Origin: Neocallimastix sp. 'constans'
Lineage: Eukaryota
Assembly (NCBI GenBank): GCA_050613775.1
Contig: JBODTK010000125.1
Span: 186,001-250,000 of the forward strand
DNA length: 64,000 nt
Reading direction: 5' to 3'
This document shows, piece after piece, positions 30,577 through 44,923 of the stretch (positions are counted from its first letter, which is position 1; each line of letters opens with the position of its first letter). The position numbers and the translations under genes are program-made. The notes under the pieces are model-generated. The model did no database searches. It saw only the letters and a program-made list of their open reading frames with translations, and had not been told where the DNA came from.

Positions 30577-33214
30577 AACAAGAAACAAAAAATCAAAAAA
30601 CAAAACATAAAAAAAAAAAAAATTATATTTGCAAAAAGATAATTTACTTAATAATTTAAATAATATAAAATTTTTGAAAATGAAAAATAATATAAAAAAA
30701 AAAAAAAAAAAAAACATATATATATAAAGAAAAAAAAAAGGTTTAAGCCATATTTAATCATAATAAATGTAAATAATCATTTCAACATTATTTGATATCG
30801 ATAATAAAAAAAAAATAAAAAAAAAAAGATAAAAACAAATTCAAACAGAATTTAGAAAAGAAAAGAAAAAGAAGAAGAAAATATAATAATAAAAAAAATT
30901 TTAGCAAATTTACATATATATACTATAAAATAAAGTTTATGAAGTTACCTAATAAAATTATTTGTCATGGAGCGGTAAATTAAAAAATGTTTAAATAAAA
31001 GAATAGAAAATTAGAAAAAAAAAAATTATTAAAATGATTAGTATTATTGTTTATAAATAATTTAATTTCCTTTTATAATATCAGGTATTTTATTTAATTT
31101 AATCTTTTTTTTTTTTCCTTTTTTAAAAAAATTAAAAAATATAAATTAAAGCAAAATTAATACAAATATACAATTATAATTTAAAATAATAACAATAATA
31201 AATAATAAATAATAAATAATAAATAATAAATAATAAATAATAAATAATAGTATTAATAATCAGAGTCATAAAAATAATATTAATTATTTTTATTTTTATT
31301 TTATTTTTTTTTTTTGTATTAAATTTATACAAATGGAATAGAAAATTAAAAATTAAAATATTTATTTTAAATATAAAAATAGAAAGCTATATATTAAAAT
31401 TAAATAATAAAATAGAATAAAAAGTTATGTAATTAAAAAAATATTAAATATTAATATATTAATATATAACATTTTTATAATATTTTTTTTGTTCTAAAAT
31501 ATCTTTTTTTATATTTATGTTTGAGATAAATGAAAAGAAAATAAAATTTTTTATATTTTATATTTTTTTTTATTATTTTTATTTTTTTATTAATTAATTA
31601 ATAAAATAAAAAAAATAATAAATTAAATTAAAATTTAAATAAATACATAAATACATTAATAAAAAACAAAATAAAATATAAATGAAATGAAATATAAAAT
31701 AATATAAAAAAAAATAAAACAAAATAAAAAAAAATAAATATTGAAGTAATAAAAAAGAGTTAAGTATGAATAAAAATAAAATAGATATTAAAGTAATATA
31801 TGAGTAAAGTATTAATAAAAATAAAATAAGATTAAAGAAAATAAAATTTAAAAAATTACCTATTAATTAAAAAACAATAATGACATTTTTGTTTATAATT
31901 AATATTTTTTATTAAAAAAAAGAAAGATTGGACAAAAATAGAAATAAAAATAGAAATAGAAGCAATAAACAAAAATAGTAATAGAATCGAGAAAAAAAAA
32001 TAGAAACAAAAACAAACAAAATCAAAATCAAACAAAATCAAAATCAAACAAAATCACAAATTATTGTTTATAATATATTATTACAAAGAGGAAAAACAAA
32101 ATTAAAATTTCAAAAAGAAATTATTTAAGATCTATTTGTTTTTCTTTTCTATAATATATATTATTATAATTATTATAATTATTGTTATTAGACTTATAAA
32201 TAACAATAAAAAAAAATAGAAATAAAAATATATAGAGAAAAGAAAAAAATTAAAATAAAAAAAATGTAATAATTAAATTTAAGGTTATTCAGTGTGTAAA
32301 ATACAAAATTTTTAATTTTTTAATTAATATGATTCTCTCTCAATTAATATTTCTTGATTAAAAACTATTATAAAATATTAAAATTGTTTGTTAAGAAAAC
32401 GAATGTAAAACTTTAATTATTAATAAATTTTTTTGTTAATAATTACATAAAAAAATAAATTAATAAATCATTAATTAATCATTTGATAAATTATCATTGA
32501 TTTATAGTGTGATTTAATGAAACGTGATATAAAATAGATTTAAGTAATATCATAAATTCTATACCAACACATAAAATTATATGTTATGTATAAATTACCA
32601 AAAATTTTATTTCAGAGAGTTGCATTTCACAAAATTTTAATAAATAGATAAATAAAAAATAAATTTTAATATATTAATGGATTTTTTTATTTTTATTTTT
32701 TAATTTTTAATTTTTAATTTTTTTTAATAATACAATAGAATAATGGAGTTATTTTCTTTCCTTTTTTTTTCTATAACTGAAAATTTTAATATTCTACTGT
32801 TAATCCGAGATTATAAACTCTAAATAAAAATTAATATAAAATTTACCTTTATTATATTATTTATATATAATAAAGAATTGATTTGAAAAAAAAAAAAGAA
32901 GTAGTAAAGTTTAATATGAATAATATATTATTTTTTATTTTATTGTAAATTTTTTTATTTGATTTATTTGTTAATTTAATTAATTAATTTTTTAATAATA
33001 AAAAATGTTTTTACAAAAAAATTTTTTATTTTAAATAATACATAATCATCTTTTATAATAAATTTTAATTTTTATTTTAATTTGATTCATATATATAATC
33101 ATTAATTGAAATTTCATTTATAACTTTGTTTTGTTTTGTTTATTGAATTTTAATATAAATTTCTTATAATATATATTTTGTTTATATTAAATAATAATGT
33201 GATTATATAAAATT

Positions 33215-33470
33215 TCTTGAGTCCTTTTTTTGAACCAAGTTGTTAGTCCTAGGCTAGTATACATAAGGCTCTTGGTTCGATCCAGCCCAATAACCATATT
33301 CCAGGTTCTCCTCATAAGATTTTTTTACGGAATATGGTGGTTAGGATTACAGGTAAGTATGTCCCCCATATGTATATATTACCATTAGAATAGATACTGG
33401 ACTAATTGAGGCGAGAGTTGCATTTCCCAAGTTTCATTTCGCGAGGTTGCATTTCGCCAATTGGCATATT
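33215..33470 (+). other. GC-richer island with B-box-like motif and hairpins; possible old SINE or transposon end
   Basis: GGTTCGATCC preceded by A-box-like TAGTCCTAGGCTAG. Stems GAACCAAG/CTTGGTTC and CCATATTCC/GGAATATGG. Repeated GTT(G/T)CATTTC, also at ~32618. Confidence 0.3.
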
Positions 33471-34482
33471 ATTAAAATACCAAGTAGCATATTGATATAT
33501 AAATAAGTGAATGAGAAAAAAAATTTTTTAATATTTAAATATTTACTTTAAAAATATAAATACATCAATATTAATATTTATATATTAATATTTTTAATAT
33601 TTATATATGACAAGGTATAAAAAAAAAAAAAAAAAAAAAAAAGAGGTAAATATATTTATAAATTAGAGAAATGCGTTACAATAGCATTATTAAAATTATC
33701 AAGAAATTAAATAAAAAAAAAATAAATAATAATTAAGAAATTATTAATAAAAAATTATAAATAATAGTGTTAAATATAAATAAATAAATAAATAAATATA
33801 TTATTAAATATTTTATTTATATATTAATATTATATATGTTTTATATATGTTTTATAATTAAAACTTAAATTGTATTAAATCAATTAAATATATATATTAA
33901 TATTCAATGAAATTATTTCAATTTTAAATATTCTAAAATATATTTTATAATTATTCTGGTATACTAAAAATTTTATTTTTTATTTTTAATTTAGTATATT
34001 ATCCAGTATTCCTAATAACACAAATAAAAACTTTGACACTTTCATTACCCATTTTTAAAACTAAAGTTAAAACATTAATCAATTGATTGATAAACTTGTG
34101 TTAGGATATTAGGCTTAAAGCTTATTATTACTAATATATTGTTTTCAAATGATTTTTTTTTTATTATAATATTTTAGTAGTATTTTTAAATTATTGAAAT
34201 TTAATATTACAATTTAAAGGAATTTTAAATTGTTGTTTAAATTGTTATTCAAGTAAAAGTTATCATCAATTAAAGATAAATTTTTTTTTTATGATAAATA
34301 TTTATATTAAAATAATTATCTATATTTAAACTATAAAGGATAATTTCTAAATAAATAAATTAGTGATTTTGTTTTTATACCTAGAATAAAAATTATTTTT
34401 GGTTGCATTATTATTTTTATTTTTCTGCTCTACGGATAGTATTATCTTTCGCACATATTTATTTATAAGTCTTCGTAATGTA

Positions 34483-34517
<35 letters not shown>

Positions 34518-34876
34518 AATTAAATAAATGAATAAAAATAAATAAATAAAAAGATAAATTAATAAATGTTAAATAATAAAAAAAATTTGAAACGGAAAAA
34601 TAAAAAAAAAGATAAATTGATTTTTTAAACCAAATATTATATATTTTTGTTTAATATGTGAAATACTTGATTAACGTAATACAGTTATTATAATGTACAA
34701 AACATAATGTAATAGTACAAAAACGTTTAAAATCAAAGTATTAAAGTGTTCTTTATCATAAAATATACTAATTAAGTAGACATAATTATAAACTCATAAC
34801 TCTTGACAATTTTTAGTTCTATTTAATATATTTTTAATATTTTTTTTAATGTATATGAACAATGAATTGTATGCCA

Positions 34877-34877
<1 letters not shown>

Positions 34878-34971
<94 letters not shown>

Positions 34972-34981
34972 TAATAATAAT
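34878..34981 (+). repeat. (AAT)n microsatellite (representative; others at ~15068, ~17358, ~29080; (TTTA)n at ~17820-17970)
   Basis: Direct inspection; explains the spurious poly-N/poly-L/poly-I ORFs. Confidence 0.95.
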
Positions 34982-37882
34982 AAAAAAATCAAAAAAAAAA
35001 AAAAAAAATCAAAAAAAAAAAAAAAAAAAAAAAAATGCAATTTAAAAAAAATATCATTTTTATTTTATTTATTTATTTAATATTTATATGCTTAATTTCT
35101 TTTTAATTTTTCTTATTTAATATTTATTTATTTAATATTTATTTATTTAATTTCTTTTTAATTTTTCTTAATTTAATACAATTATTATCTATATATAGTA
35201 ATATGAAAAAAATTAATAACTATATATATTAGAATAGACTATTAAAATATTATTAAAAATTATTATTATTAATAATTTATTTAAATTAATAATTGAAAAA
35301 AAAATTTTTGAAAATAAAAAAAAAAAAAGATTATGGATTTTATTAAAAGTGATATTGTAATATATCTTTACATTTATAATATTTAATAATGATTAATATA
35401 ATAATTTTTAATATTACAGTGAATAGATTAAGAGTTAAAAGCCTGATTATTACTTTCCATTAAATATTAAAGCTATATATAATTTAAATAAATATAAATT
35501 TATTAAAATAATTTAAGAAATTAAAGAACTTAATGAAATAAAAAAGGAGTCAGAAAAACAAGCATAAAATTGAAATAAATTAATAATATTAAAGTTAGAA
35601 TGAATAAATATAATAAAAAAAATGTTTATTCAATAATTAATTGATATTCGTTGTGAAAATGTGATAATTATCTATTAGGTAATTCTTTAAAAAGTTTCAT
35701 TTGTTCTTTTTCATTTAAATTATTAATTATATTAAATAGAACTATTCACTATTGTAATTTAATTCTTTTTTTTTATTTAATTATTATTAATATTATTATT
35801 TTTTTAATTTTATATATATTTTTTTTTTAATTTCTTATTATTTTTATATTTACATATACATCTATTTTTATTTTTATCTTATATATTAAATAGTGATTAT
35901 TATACCATTTCCATAATAAAAGAATCTCATAATAATTTACCTAAAAACTATTATTATAATTACTACTAAATTTTTAAGAAAAATGTTATAATATATATAT
36001 ATTTTCAATGGTCATATTATCTATATATTTATTTATAATTATATACATATATATATTTATTTTTATAGAATTGAAAATTGTAAAGATTTTAAGAAAGATT
36101 ATTCATTATTAAATAAAATAATTTTTTTTTATTTTTATTTTTTTTACTTTCCTTTTATTTAAAAAAAAAAAAAAAAAAAAGATGTGTTAAATTTTCCTAT
36201 ATAATTCTAAATCTAAATAGAAATATACCTATATAATAATTAAAATAAAGAGTTCCAATCTTAACAATTTTATTTTCTATACTAAATAAAAAAAAAAAAT
36301 TAATCATACATAAATTCTAAAAATTTATAACTTTTTAGTTTAAACTTTAATAATTATAAAATTTTATAAAGTGTTGTATTCATTTATATTAAATATAATA
36401 CAATATACTATAATATATGTATCGTTTAATTTTTAATTTTTTTTTTAAAAAATTATTAAAGATACTTCTGAGGACAGGAGAGTTAAACTTTAATAACTAT
36501 TAAAATTCAAAATTTTGCAAAATTAAAAAAAAATTAAAATTGCATTAATTAATATAAATTTCTAGTTTTTAATATTATTTTTATTATAATTATTTTTATT
36601 ATAATTATAATTATTTTTTTTTTTCAATATTAAAAACAAAAATAAAAAAAAATAAATCATTTAAAAAATTTTTTTTTATATTATTATGAAACATGAAAAT
36701 GAAAATATCAGAATGTTTAAAAATTAAAATAATTAAAAAAAAAGATAAATATTATAATAGATTTAATATATATTTGAATAAAAAGTATTATGAAATATAA
36801 TTATTTAAATTATCATTTCTTTTTTAATCTTATTATTAATAATTTTATAATAAAACTGCATAAAAATTTTAGGCATTAGTAGGCTAAATTTTGTTCGAAT
36901 TACTATTATTTTTTATTTTACATTGGAAAATGATAAAAATTTAACTGTATTATTAAAATTATATAATAATTATTATCATTAATATTACTATTAGTACAAT
37001 CGTTCTAATCATAATTTAAAATTAAAATAATATTTTTTTTGAAAACTTTTTAATTATTAGTATTTAATAAATATATATAAAGGAATTCTATTTGATACAA
37101 TTTTAAATTATATTTCGATATTCTTTCATTAATTATATTTTAATTATATTTTAATTATTATTCACTTGGAATCACCTTTTTTTAGACATATTTAAATGGA
37201 AAAAGGGTTTTTATATTAAAATGTAATAAACTGCTTTATTATTGTATTTTAATATTCTTTTAGATTTATATGTTTTAAATTTAAATATATATATAAATTA
37301 ATTGAATAATATGTGAAATATATTAGATAATATAATTTTATAAATTGAAAAAAAAAGTTATTGAATTGTATTAATATTATAATATATTTATAATTAATTA
37401 GAATTTATTGTGTAAGGTTTATTTAAAAAATTAATTAAAAAAAAATATATATAAAAAATAATCAATAAATAGCACCATTTTTAAGATAAAGGAAAATTAT
37501 TTTATTTCTTAATATAAATTTTAATATGAAATTGAACAAACTTTATTTAATAATAATAAAATTTGTTTTTCATTAACTTTTTAATTAAAATAATTGGTTT
37601 TAATCTAATTATATATATAGAGGTCACCCATTACTTTTCAGTATATATTACAATATGATTCTGTATATATGGTATATATATGGTATATACAAAAAAAAAT
37701 AGAAATATATATATTTTTTCTTTTCTCTTTCTTATTTTATATAATAGTTAAAAGGAAAATGTTCAGTTATTATATATATTATATTAAAATATATTATAAT
37801 AAATAAAAATAATTTTTGGATAATAGATTAAATATGTATATTCAATTTAATTAATAATTAAAAAAATAAAAATAAAGAAGGA

Positions 37883-37916
<34 letters not shown>

Positions 37917-38827
37917 AAAGAATTAAAAAAATTTTTTTTTTTCTAAAGATATATAAATAATAATAAAAAGCTACAAAAATTTTATACAAAATTTTTGATA
38001 AATGAAATTAAAATAAAAATAAAAATAAAAACAAAAATAAAAATAAAAATAAAATAGAATAAAATAAAATAAAAGATTTTCCTTTTATTTATTTCTTTTA
38101 AAAAAGAAAAAAGGAATAGTTGTTTTTATTTTTTTTTAATTAATTAATTAACATATTAATTAATTAAGAAAAAAAAGAAAACAATAAAAAAAAAAAAAAT
38201 AAAAAGAATTCCACATAAAAAAAAATAAAATAAGAATTAAATAATAGAAATATTTGCTGATATTAATATTATTTTTTAAATTGTAGAAAGAAAAAATTCA
38301 ATAATTGAAATATCCAACTCTTTTATTGGGAAATATATTATATATATATAAAACAAAATAAATTTTAAAATTTTTATAGTACTTTTTTTTTTTTTTTTTT
38401 TATTTTTTCAAAATAAATGATAGTTATTTTGTATAAATTATAAAGAATATTTAATTCAGAAGTATTATATTTTATAAAAAGAAAATAATATATTATTTTG
38501 TATGCCATTATAATATATTTTAAAAATAATAAATTTATATTGAAATTATTATTTTTGGAAAATAAATAATATATAAATTTTAAAAAATTGTATAAAATAA
38601 TATTTTGTAAATACTTTTAAAGTATATATATTTATATTTAAATTTTAATAATTTAAAGAATATTTTATTAATTTAAATTTAATAATTTTGTAAAATTTAA
38701 ATTAATAATAAAAATTTGTATATTTTAAAGAGTATTATAATAATACATATTTTATGTAAATAGATGATAATAAAAACAAATATTTAAAGCAAACATTTTT
38801 TAAGGAAGAATTTAAAGATTAATACAT

Positions 38828-38870
<43 letters not shown>

Positions 38871-39110
38871 AAGAAAAGAATATTAACTTAAGAATTATTT
38901 AATATTGAGTTCTTTTCAAAAATTAATTTAAGATTATAAGATAATAATAATAAAAATTTTAAAATAAGCCTATAAAGATTTTTTTTTTTTATTAAGGTAT
39001 AATATATGTTATTTTATTCTTTGAAATATTTTACTATTGTTTATAAGATATTTATAAAATATGAATTATATATATATATATAATAAAAAAGAACATAAAA
39101 TATTATAGAA

Positions 39111-42100
39111 ATGGATCAGTATACTAGTTATAATATGACAAGTTCATTGGACCAATACACTAATTATAATAAAAGTACAATGAATCAATATTCGGGTTTT
39201 AATAATATGACAAATAATATGTCAGGACCACCTGAAAAGATAGGTTCTCTTATGAATAATGAAATAAGTTATTTTCATATCAATGGTTTAGAAGGAATAG
39301 TGTATTTGTGTGCTAATGTTTTTTGTATATTCTATTACTTTATACCCTTAATATGGTAATAAAGATAAATATTGAGATGATATATTTATAATGTTTTATT
39401 GAATTATTAATATATATTTATCATTTATAGGATTTTCCATTATAAGCATTGGTATATTATAAAACAAAGAAATTTCATTCTTACATTTATTGGTGGAATT
39501 GCAAATTTCATAAGTACTTTTTCGAATTTGGTAAGAATTTTATAAATATTTTTCAAAATTTTTTCGAGTTTTTTTCAAAGTTTTTATTTTTATTTTTATT
39601 TTTATTTTTATTTTCATTTTTTAATATTACTATGTAAATATTAATAATTTAAAAATAATATTAAATATATTTTAGGTCACCCAAATTCTTAATATTCCAT
39701 GTGCAGGTATATTTTTATTATATAAGATGTTATATATATATATTATTATTATTAAATATTCTTAAACATTCTAATTCGAATTCATTAAAATATAGTATCA
39801 TATTATTGTGCTACAGTAGCTACTGCTATTATGCAATTATGGTAAAGTTTTAATATAATTTATAAATTTATTTTACTATTTGAGATTAATTTGTATTTTT
39901 TTTTAAATATTTAATTTTTTTAGTTTTGTAAATCGTGCTGTTAGATTAATCTTTTTATATAAATTAAATATTTTTAAAGGTAAATTTTTTATAATATAAA
40001 GTTGAAAATATAAATATTTAGCTTTTCATTTATAAAATTTTAATTTTTAAATATAATTATTATAATAGTAACTGAGTTGAGTCAAAAGAAATTTATTCAA
40101 AAATCTCAAAGAAATACAATTGTAGAACCAAATATTTATTATAAATCAATTTATAAAATGGTCAATAAGGTAATAAAATTATTTATAAAATATATATTTT
40201 ATCTATATAAATATAACATTTAAATCAATATTTAATCAAATGTATTTTAATTATATTATTTTTTTAAATAATGTGAAAAAATATTTAATTAATAATATTT
40301 TTTTTTTAAATTTAAATTAATATAATTATAGAGAATTGCCTATATTACAACCATAATTTTAATGGTAAAAAAAAATAATTATTATAATAAAAAAAAATAT
40401 TAATAGATTAATATACTTAAATTTATATTATTTTTATAGCTTTTATCTCTAATAATATCAATAGTTTTTCATGTGATGACTGAAAAACAAAACGACTATG
40501 ATTTTATTATGTGTGGAATGTAATATATATTATATTTTTATTTTAGTATATATATGTTTATATATATATATGTATTTTTTTTTTTTTTTTTTTTTTCATT
40601 TAAATAATTTAAAAATATATAAAAAGAATAATAAGAAAAAGAAAGAGTAGTTAATATTAATTATTTATTGATTATCAAATTAAATAGGACACCTATTAAT
40701 ATTAACAAGAGAATTAGTGAAGGTAATCATAATAACCATTATGGATTTAACCGTAGAGATAATAAAGATATTAAAAGTGTTTATGAACTTCTTATGGGTA
40801 CTCCATTTTCAATGTTTATGTTACCAATTTATTTTGGTATAGTTTTTACAATTATTTGCATAGTTATTGTAATTATTTTTACAATTACTAATATTAAAGA
40901 TGATCAAAAATTTGGTATTAAGGTATGATTAATTTAATAATTATTAAAATGTCATTTTCTTTATAAATAATTTTTTTATCAATAAAATATTTAATTATAA
41001 AATGATTAAATAATTATTAAACATTACTTAAATATATAATCTATATAAAATAAATAATTATAATTATAACTAATATAATAATTTTATATATTATTACTTT
41101 TTTTATTTAAAAATGAAAAATAAAAAATAGTTTGATTGTTTTAGTAATGCAATTGTTAGTGCAATTGGTAAACATATTTAAAATATTATGTTTTTTTATT
41201 AAAATTTAATTTTTTAATATTTAATTCTTCATATATATTAATATTATATGTATTGTAATGAATAATATATTTATTCATATTTTTTGTTTTGAATTAGCTG
41301 AAATAATTTATATTTCATTTTTCTTCCTTAAGAATAATGAAGAATTCTTACAACATGATAATATTATTACTAAATTATTTAAAAATACAAAAGAGGGTAT
41401 ATTATTATTTATTATAGTTGGATTCTATCTTCATTTAACTTCTGTAATCATTCCCCTCTTCAAATGTATTAAAGCAGAGCGTTTAGATAAATATTATGAA
41501 AATGAGGTATATTATTATTAATATAATAATTAATAATAATATATATATATATATTTATATTTTATTTTTTAGAAAAAATTATATTAATAATATTTTTAAA
41601 ATTAATTTAATTCTAAATTCAATATTCATTTGATAAATAAATTATAGCCAACAAATACAATGCAATATTTCTATAAAAGTAAGCATTAATTATTATGTTT
41701 ATTCTATATAAATTTAAATTTAAACTATGATAATAATTCTTTTAATTTTTATATGTTTAAAATAATATATATATAAATATATTTTTTTTATTTTAATTTA
41801 TTTTCATTTATTTATTATTATTATTTTTTCTATTTAACAACAACAACATAAAAAAAAAAGTTTTAAATTCACCAAACTTAGTTGAGGAATTAAAATCTAT
41901 TGCTATTCAAGAATTTGTAGTTGAAAATGTTTTATTCTGGGAAAATTATTGTATATTGCAAAAATTAGTTATAAGAGCTAAGCATAAACAAAATATTGGT
42001 GAAATTGATAGTAGTAGTAGTAATCATTTTGGAAAATTTTCATTACAAGATATTTATACTCAGAGTTCTGGAAATTCCCATGATGAAGATTCTTATGATC

Positions 42101-42682
42101 CTAATTATCCTTTATTACCTCAATTAGTTCCTTATTTTAATGCATTCTATCATACGTATGTATAAATGAAAAAAAAAAATAATAATAAATAAATAAATAA
42201 TTGATTAAATCAACGAAGAAACAAATAAACAATTAATATATATTTATAATATAATATTTTAAAAGTAATATAATATTATATATGTTTTTAATAATGAATA
42301 GTTAAAAATTAATAATTTAATTATATAATATATAAATTTATTTTAAATTAAAAAGTTTTATTGATATTGATGGTCCTGCCGCTGTTAATATTTCAGGAAG
42401 TACTGTTAGAAGAATATATCATGATTTTTATACCTATCCAACTGTTGGTATATTTGATGAAGTAAGTTGAATTTTTTAAATTTTTAAACAATAAGAAATA
42501 AAAACAAATGTAAAAACAAAATTAAAATTATATTAAAATTATTAATTTTTTTTTTCTTTTTTTTTTTTTTAATTATATACTAGGCAAAAGATGAAGTTGT
42601 TGAATCAATGTATCTTTCCATTTTCCCAATTTTACTTCAACAAAATAGAAAGCAACTTGGAGATGTTTATTCACATAATTAA
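39111..42682 (+). CDS. Multi-pass membrane protein with C-terminal RGS domain (7TM-RGS-like), many short exons
   Basis: Several hydrophobic exons, then ELKSIAIQEFVVENVLFWENY and FIDIDGPAAVNISGSTVRRI...IFDEAKDEVVESMYLSIFP (RGS hallmarks). Stop at 42680-42682. Confidence 0.8.
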
Positions 42683-43094
42683 AAAATATTAAATAGATAT
42701 AGTTCTATTATTTATGGTCATTTTTATATATAGGAAAAAAAAATTAATCATTGGAAAGATTTTATAATTCGAGTACAATAAATTATTATTCAAATTAACA
42801 AAACAAATGAATAAAAAAGAAAAAGTTGGTTTGTGGAGTTAGTTTATACGTATTATTAATAATTATATTATTAAATTAACAAATTAAAAAAACGAAAAAA
42901 ATATTAAAATTAAATAAAATATTTAAAAATACAATATCTTTATATTTTTATAGTTTCAAAAAAAAAAAAAAAAAAAATAATAATAGATCATAAAAACGAT
43001 TTTTTTTTTTTATTTATATATAATAAAAATATATAAAGTTATTTATATATAATAAAATAATTTATAAATACCAAACTTAATAAAATTTGAAAAG

Positions 43095-43132
<38 letters not shown>

Positions 43133-43255
43133 ATAAAATAACAATAATAATAATAATAATAATTGTTACAAACTATTTTTTTATGATTTATATATAATTT
43201 TATTATATTCTTTTATATAATAAATCTAAAATTTAGAAAGGAATTAAGGGAAATA

Positions 43256-43290
<35 letters not shown>

Positions 43291-43401
43291 ATGTTATAAA
43301 ATTATTGTTATATATTATAGGTATAAATCAATTAGGATAAAAAATAAAAAGAAAAAAAAAAATCTTTTTTTAAATAAAGAAAAATTTATAAAAAAGCTGG
43401 A

Positions 43402-43453
<52 letters not shown>

Positions 43454-43479
43454 AATTATTAACATATATTAATAATAAT

Positions 43480-43700
43480 AAACTAGTTAAATAGTTTTAT
43501 TTTATTATAATAAAATTTAACTATTTAATAAAATATAAAAAATTAAAATTTGAATAATATAAAATTATATATTAAAATAGTTTTATTTTATTATAATAAA
43601 ATTTAACTATTTAATAAAAAATAAAAAATTAAAATTTGAATAATATAAAATTATATATTAAAATAGTTTTATTTTATTATAATAAAATTTAACTGTTTTA
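43480..43700 (+). repeat. ~85-bp AT-rich tandem repeat, ~2.5 copies
   Basis: AATAGTTTTATTTTATTATAATAAAATTTAACT recurs at ~43491, ~43576 and ~43662. Confidence 0.8.
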
Positions 43701-43841
43701 TATTATATATATAAGGATATTGAATTTTAAAGGTAAAGTAAATTAATAAATAAATAAAAAGTAGATAAATAAGTAAATAAAATATAATAAGATAAATAAA
43801 TAAATAATAAATAAATAAATAAATAAATAAAAAGTAGAAAA

Positions 43842-43872
<31 letters not shown>

Positions 43873-44045
43873 ATATGAAATGAAAGATCTCGGTTAGAGA
43901 TGGAGAGTTTTAGTAGTTATGCTTATCATGCTATAGTAAAAATATTATTATATTACATTTATTTTCATTATTATAATGTTAAAGTTTTTTTTATATTAAC
44001 ATGATAATTACCCCAATGAGATATGGACTGTTTTTCCAAGGTCCA

Positions 44046-44514
44046 TGGAGGGTTGAAAGAAAAGGAATGGCCTATATCAGGTGTACTAATTACAGTTTTC
44101 AGTAATTCTGGTAATAATCAATGATTATCCTTTCTAAAGTGGCTTCTAGTACGAAGAGAGAAAACTGTAATACTGAAAGACTGTAGAAAGTGAACTTGAT
44201 GTTTTATATTGTTTTAAACTGGATATGTAGTAACATTGGAGTTGTATATTTAATAATATCATGTAGTTTCTACATATTGTCATTGTAATGAATCTATTGT
44301 ATTTTTTACTTTAGCATTATTTTGTATATATATTTTTCTATAGTATTATTTATACTTTCATGTAGCTATTGTAAAATGGAAATGTAGGAGATTGACAGTA
44401 TTTAACTGATGGGAATCTTTTTTATAGTCTTTCTTTACTAATATTTTTCTTTTTAAATATACTTTTAGCTAATTTATGATTATTCAACAGAAAATTTTTT
44501 ACATCTTAAAGAGC
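44046..44514 (+). repeat. Copy 1 of a ~470-500 bp block, probable LINE 5' region
   Basis: Colinear, diverged match to 49186-49684 (TGGAGGGTTGA...CCTATATCAGGTGTACTAATTACAG...CTTTCTAAAGTGGCTTCTAGTACGA...). Confidence 0.9.
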
Positions 44515-44923
44515 TTTATTAATTGAAAGAATTACAATCAGTCAAAAGATAAAAAGAAACAATTATTCATTTTAACAGTATATACAAGTAATTTTGTATC
44601 AATAAATTACTAACCCTTGAGTAAATTTATAAATATTATATAAGTTATACAGGATAAAATCAATTATTTACAAAATCTAAAATCTGTTAAATCATCAAGA
44701 ACAATTTTATATTTCAAGCTTTCAAATATTCAACACCAATATTTTTTTTTTACTATTTAAAGGGAATTTACTTTCTCTTTTATTTTTTAATTTATTTTAT
44801 TATATATATATATAAAAAAAAAAAAAAAAAAGAAAAATTTTTTTATCTATTTTTTATTATTATTTTTATTTTTTTTTTTATTTTATTCTTTTTTTTTTTT
44901 TTTATTTTTTAGGCTTTCTTGAA

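Noticed and set aside
29016..35080. Poly-I/L/N/K/F ORFs from the ORF track
   Set aside because: These are translations of microsatellites and homopolymers.
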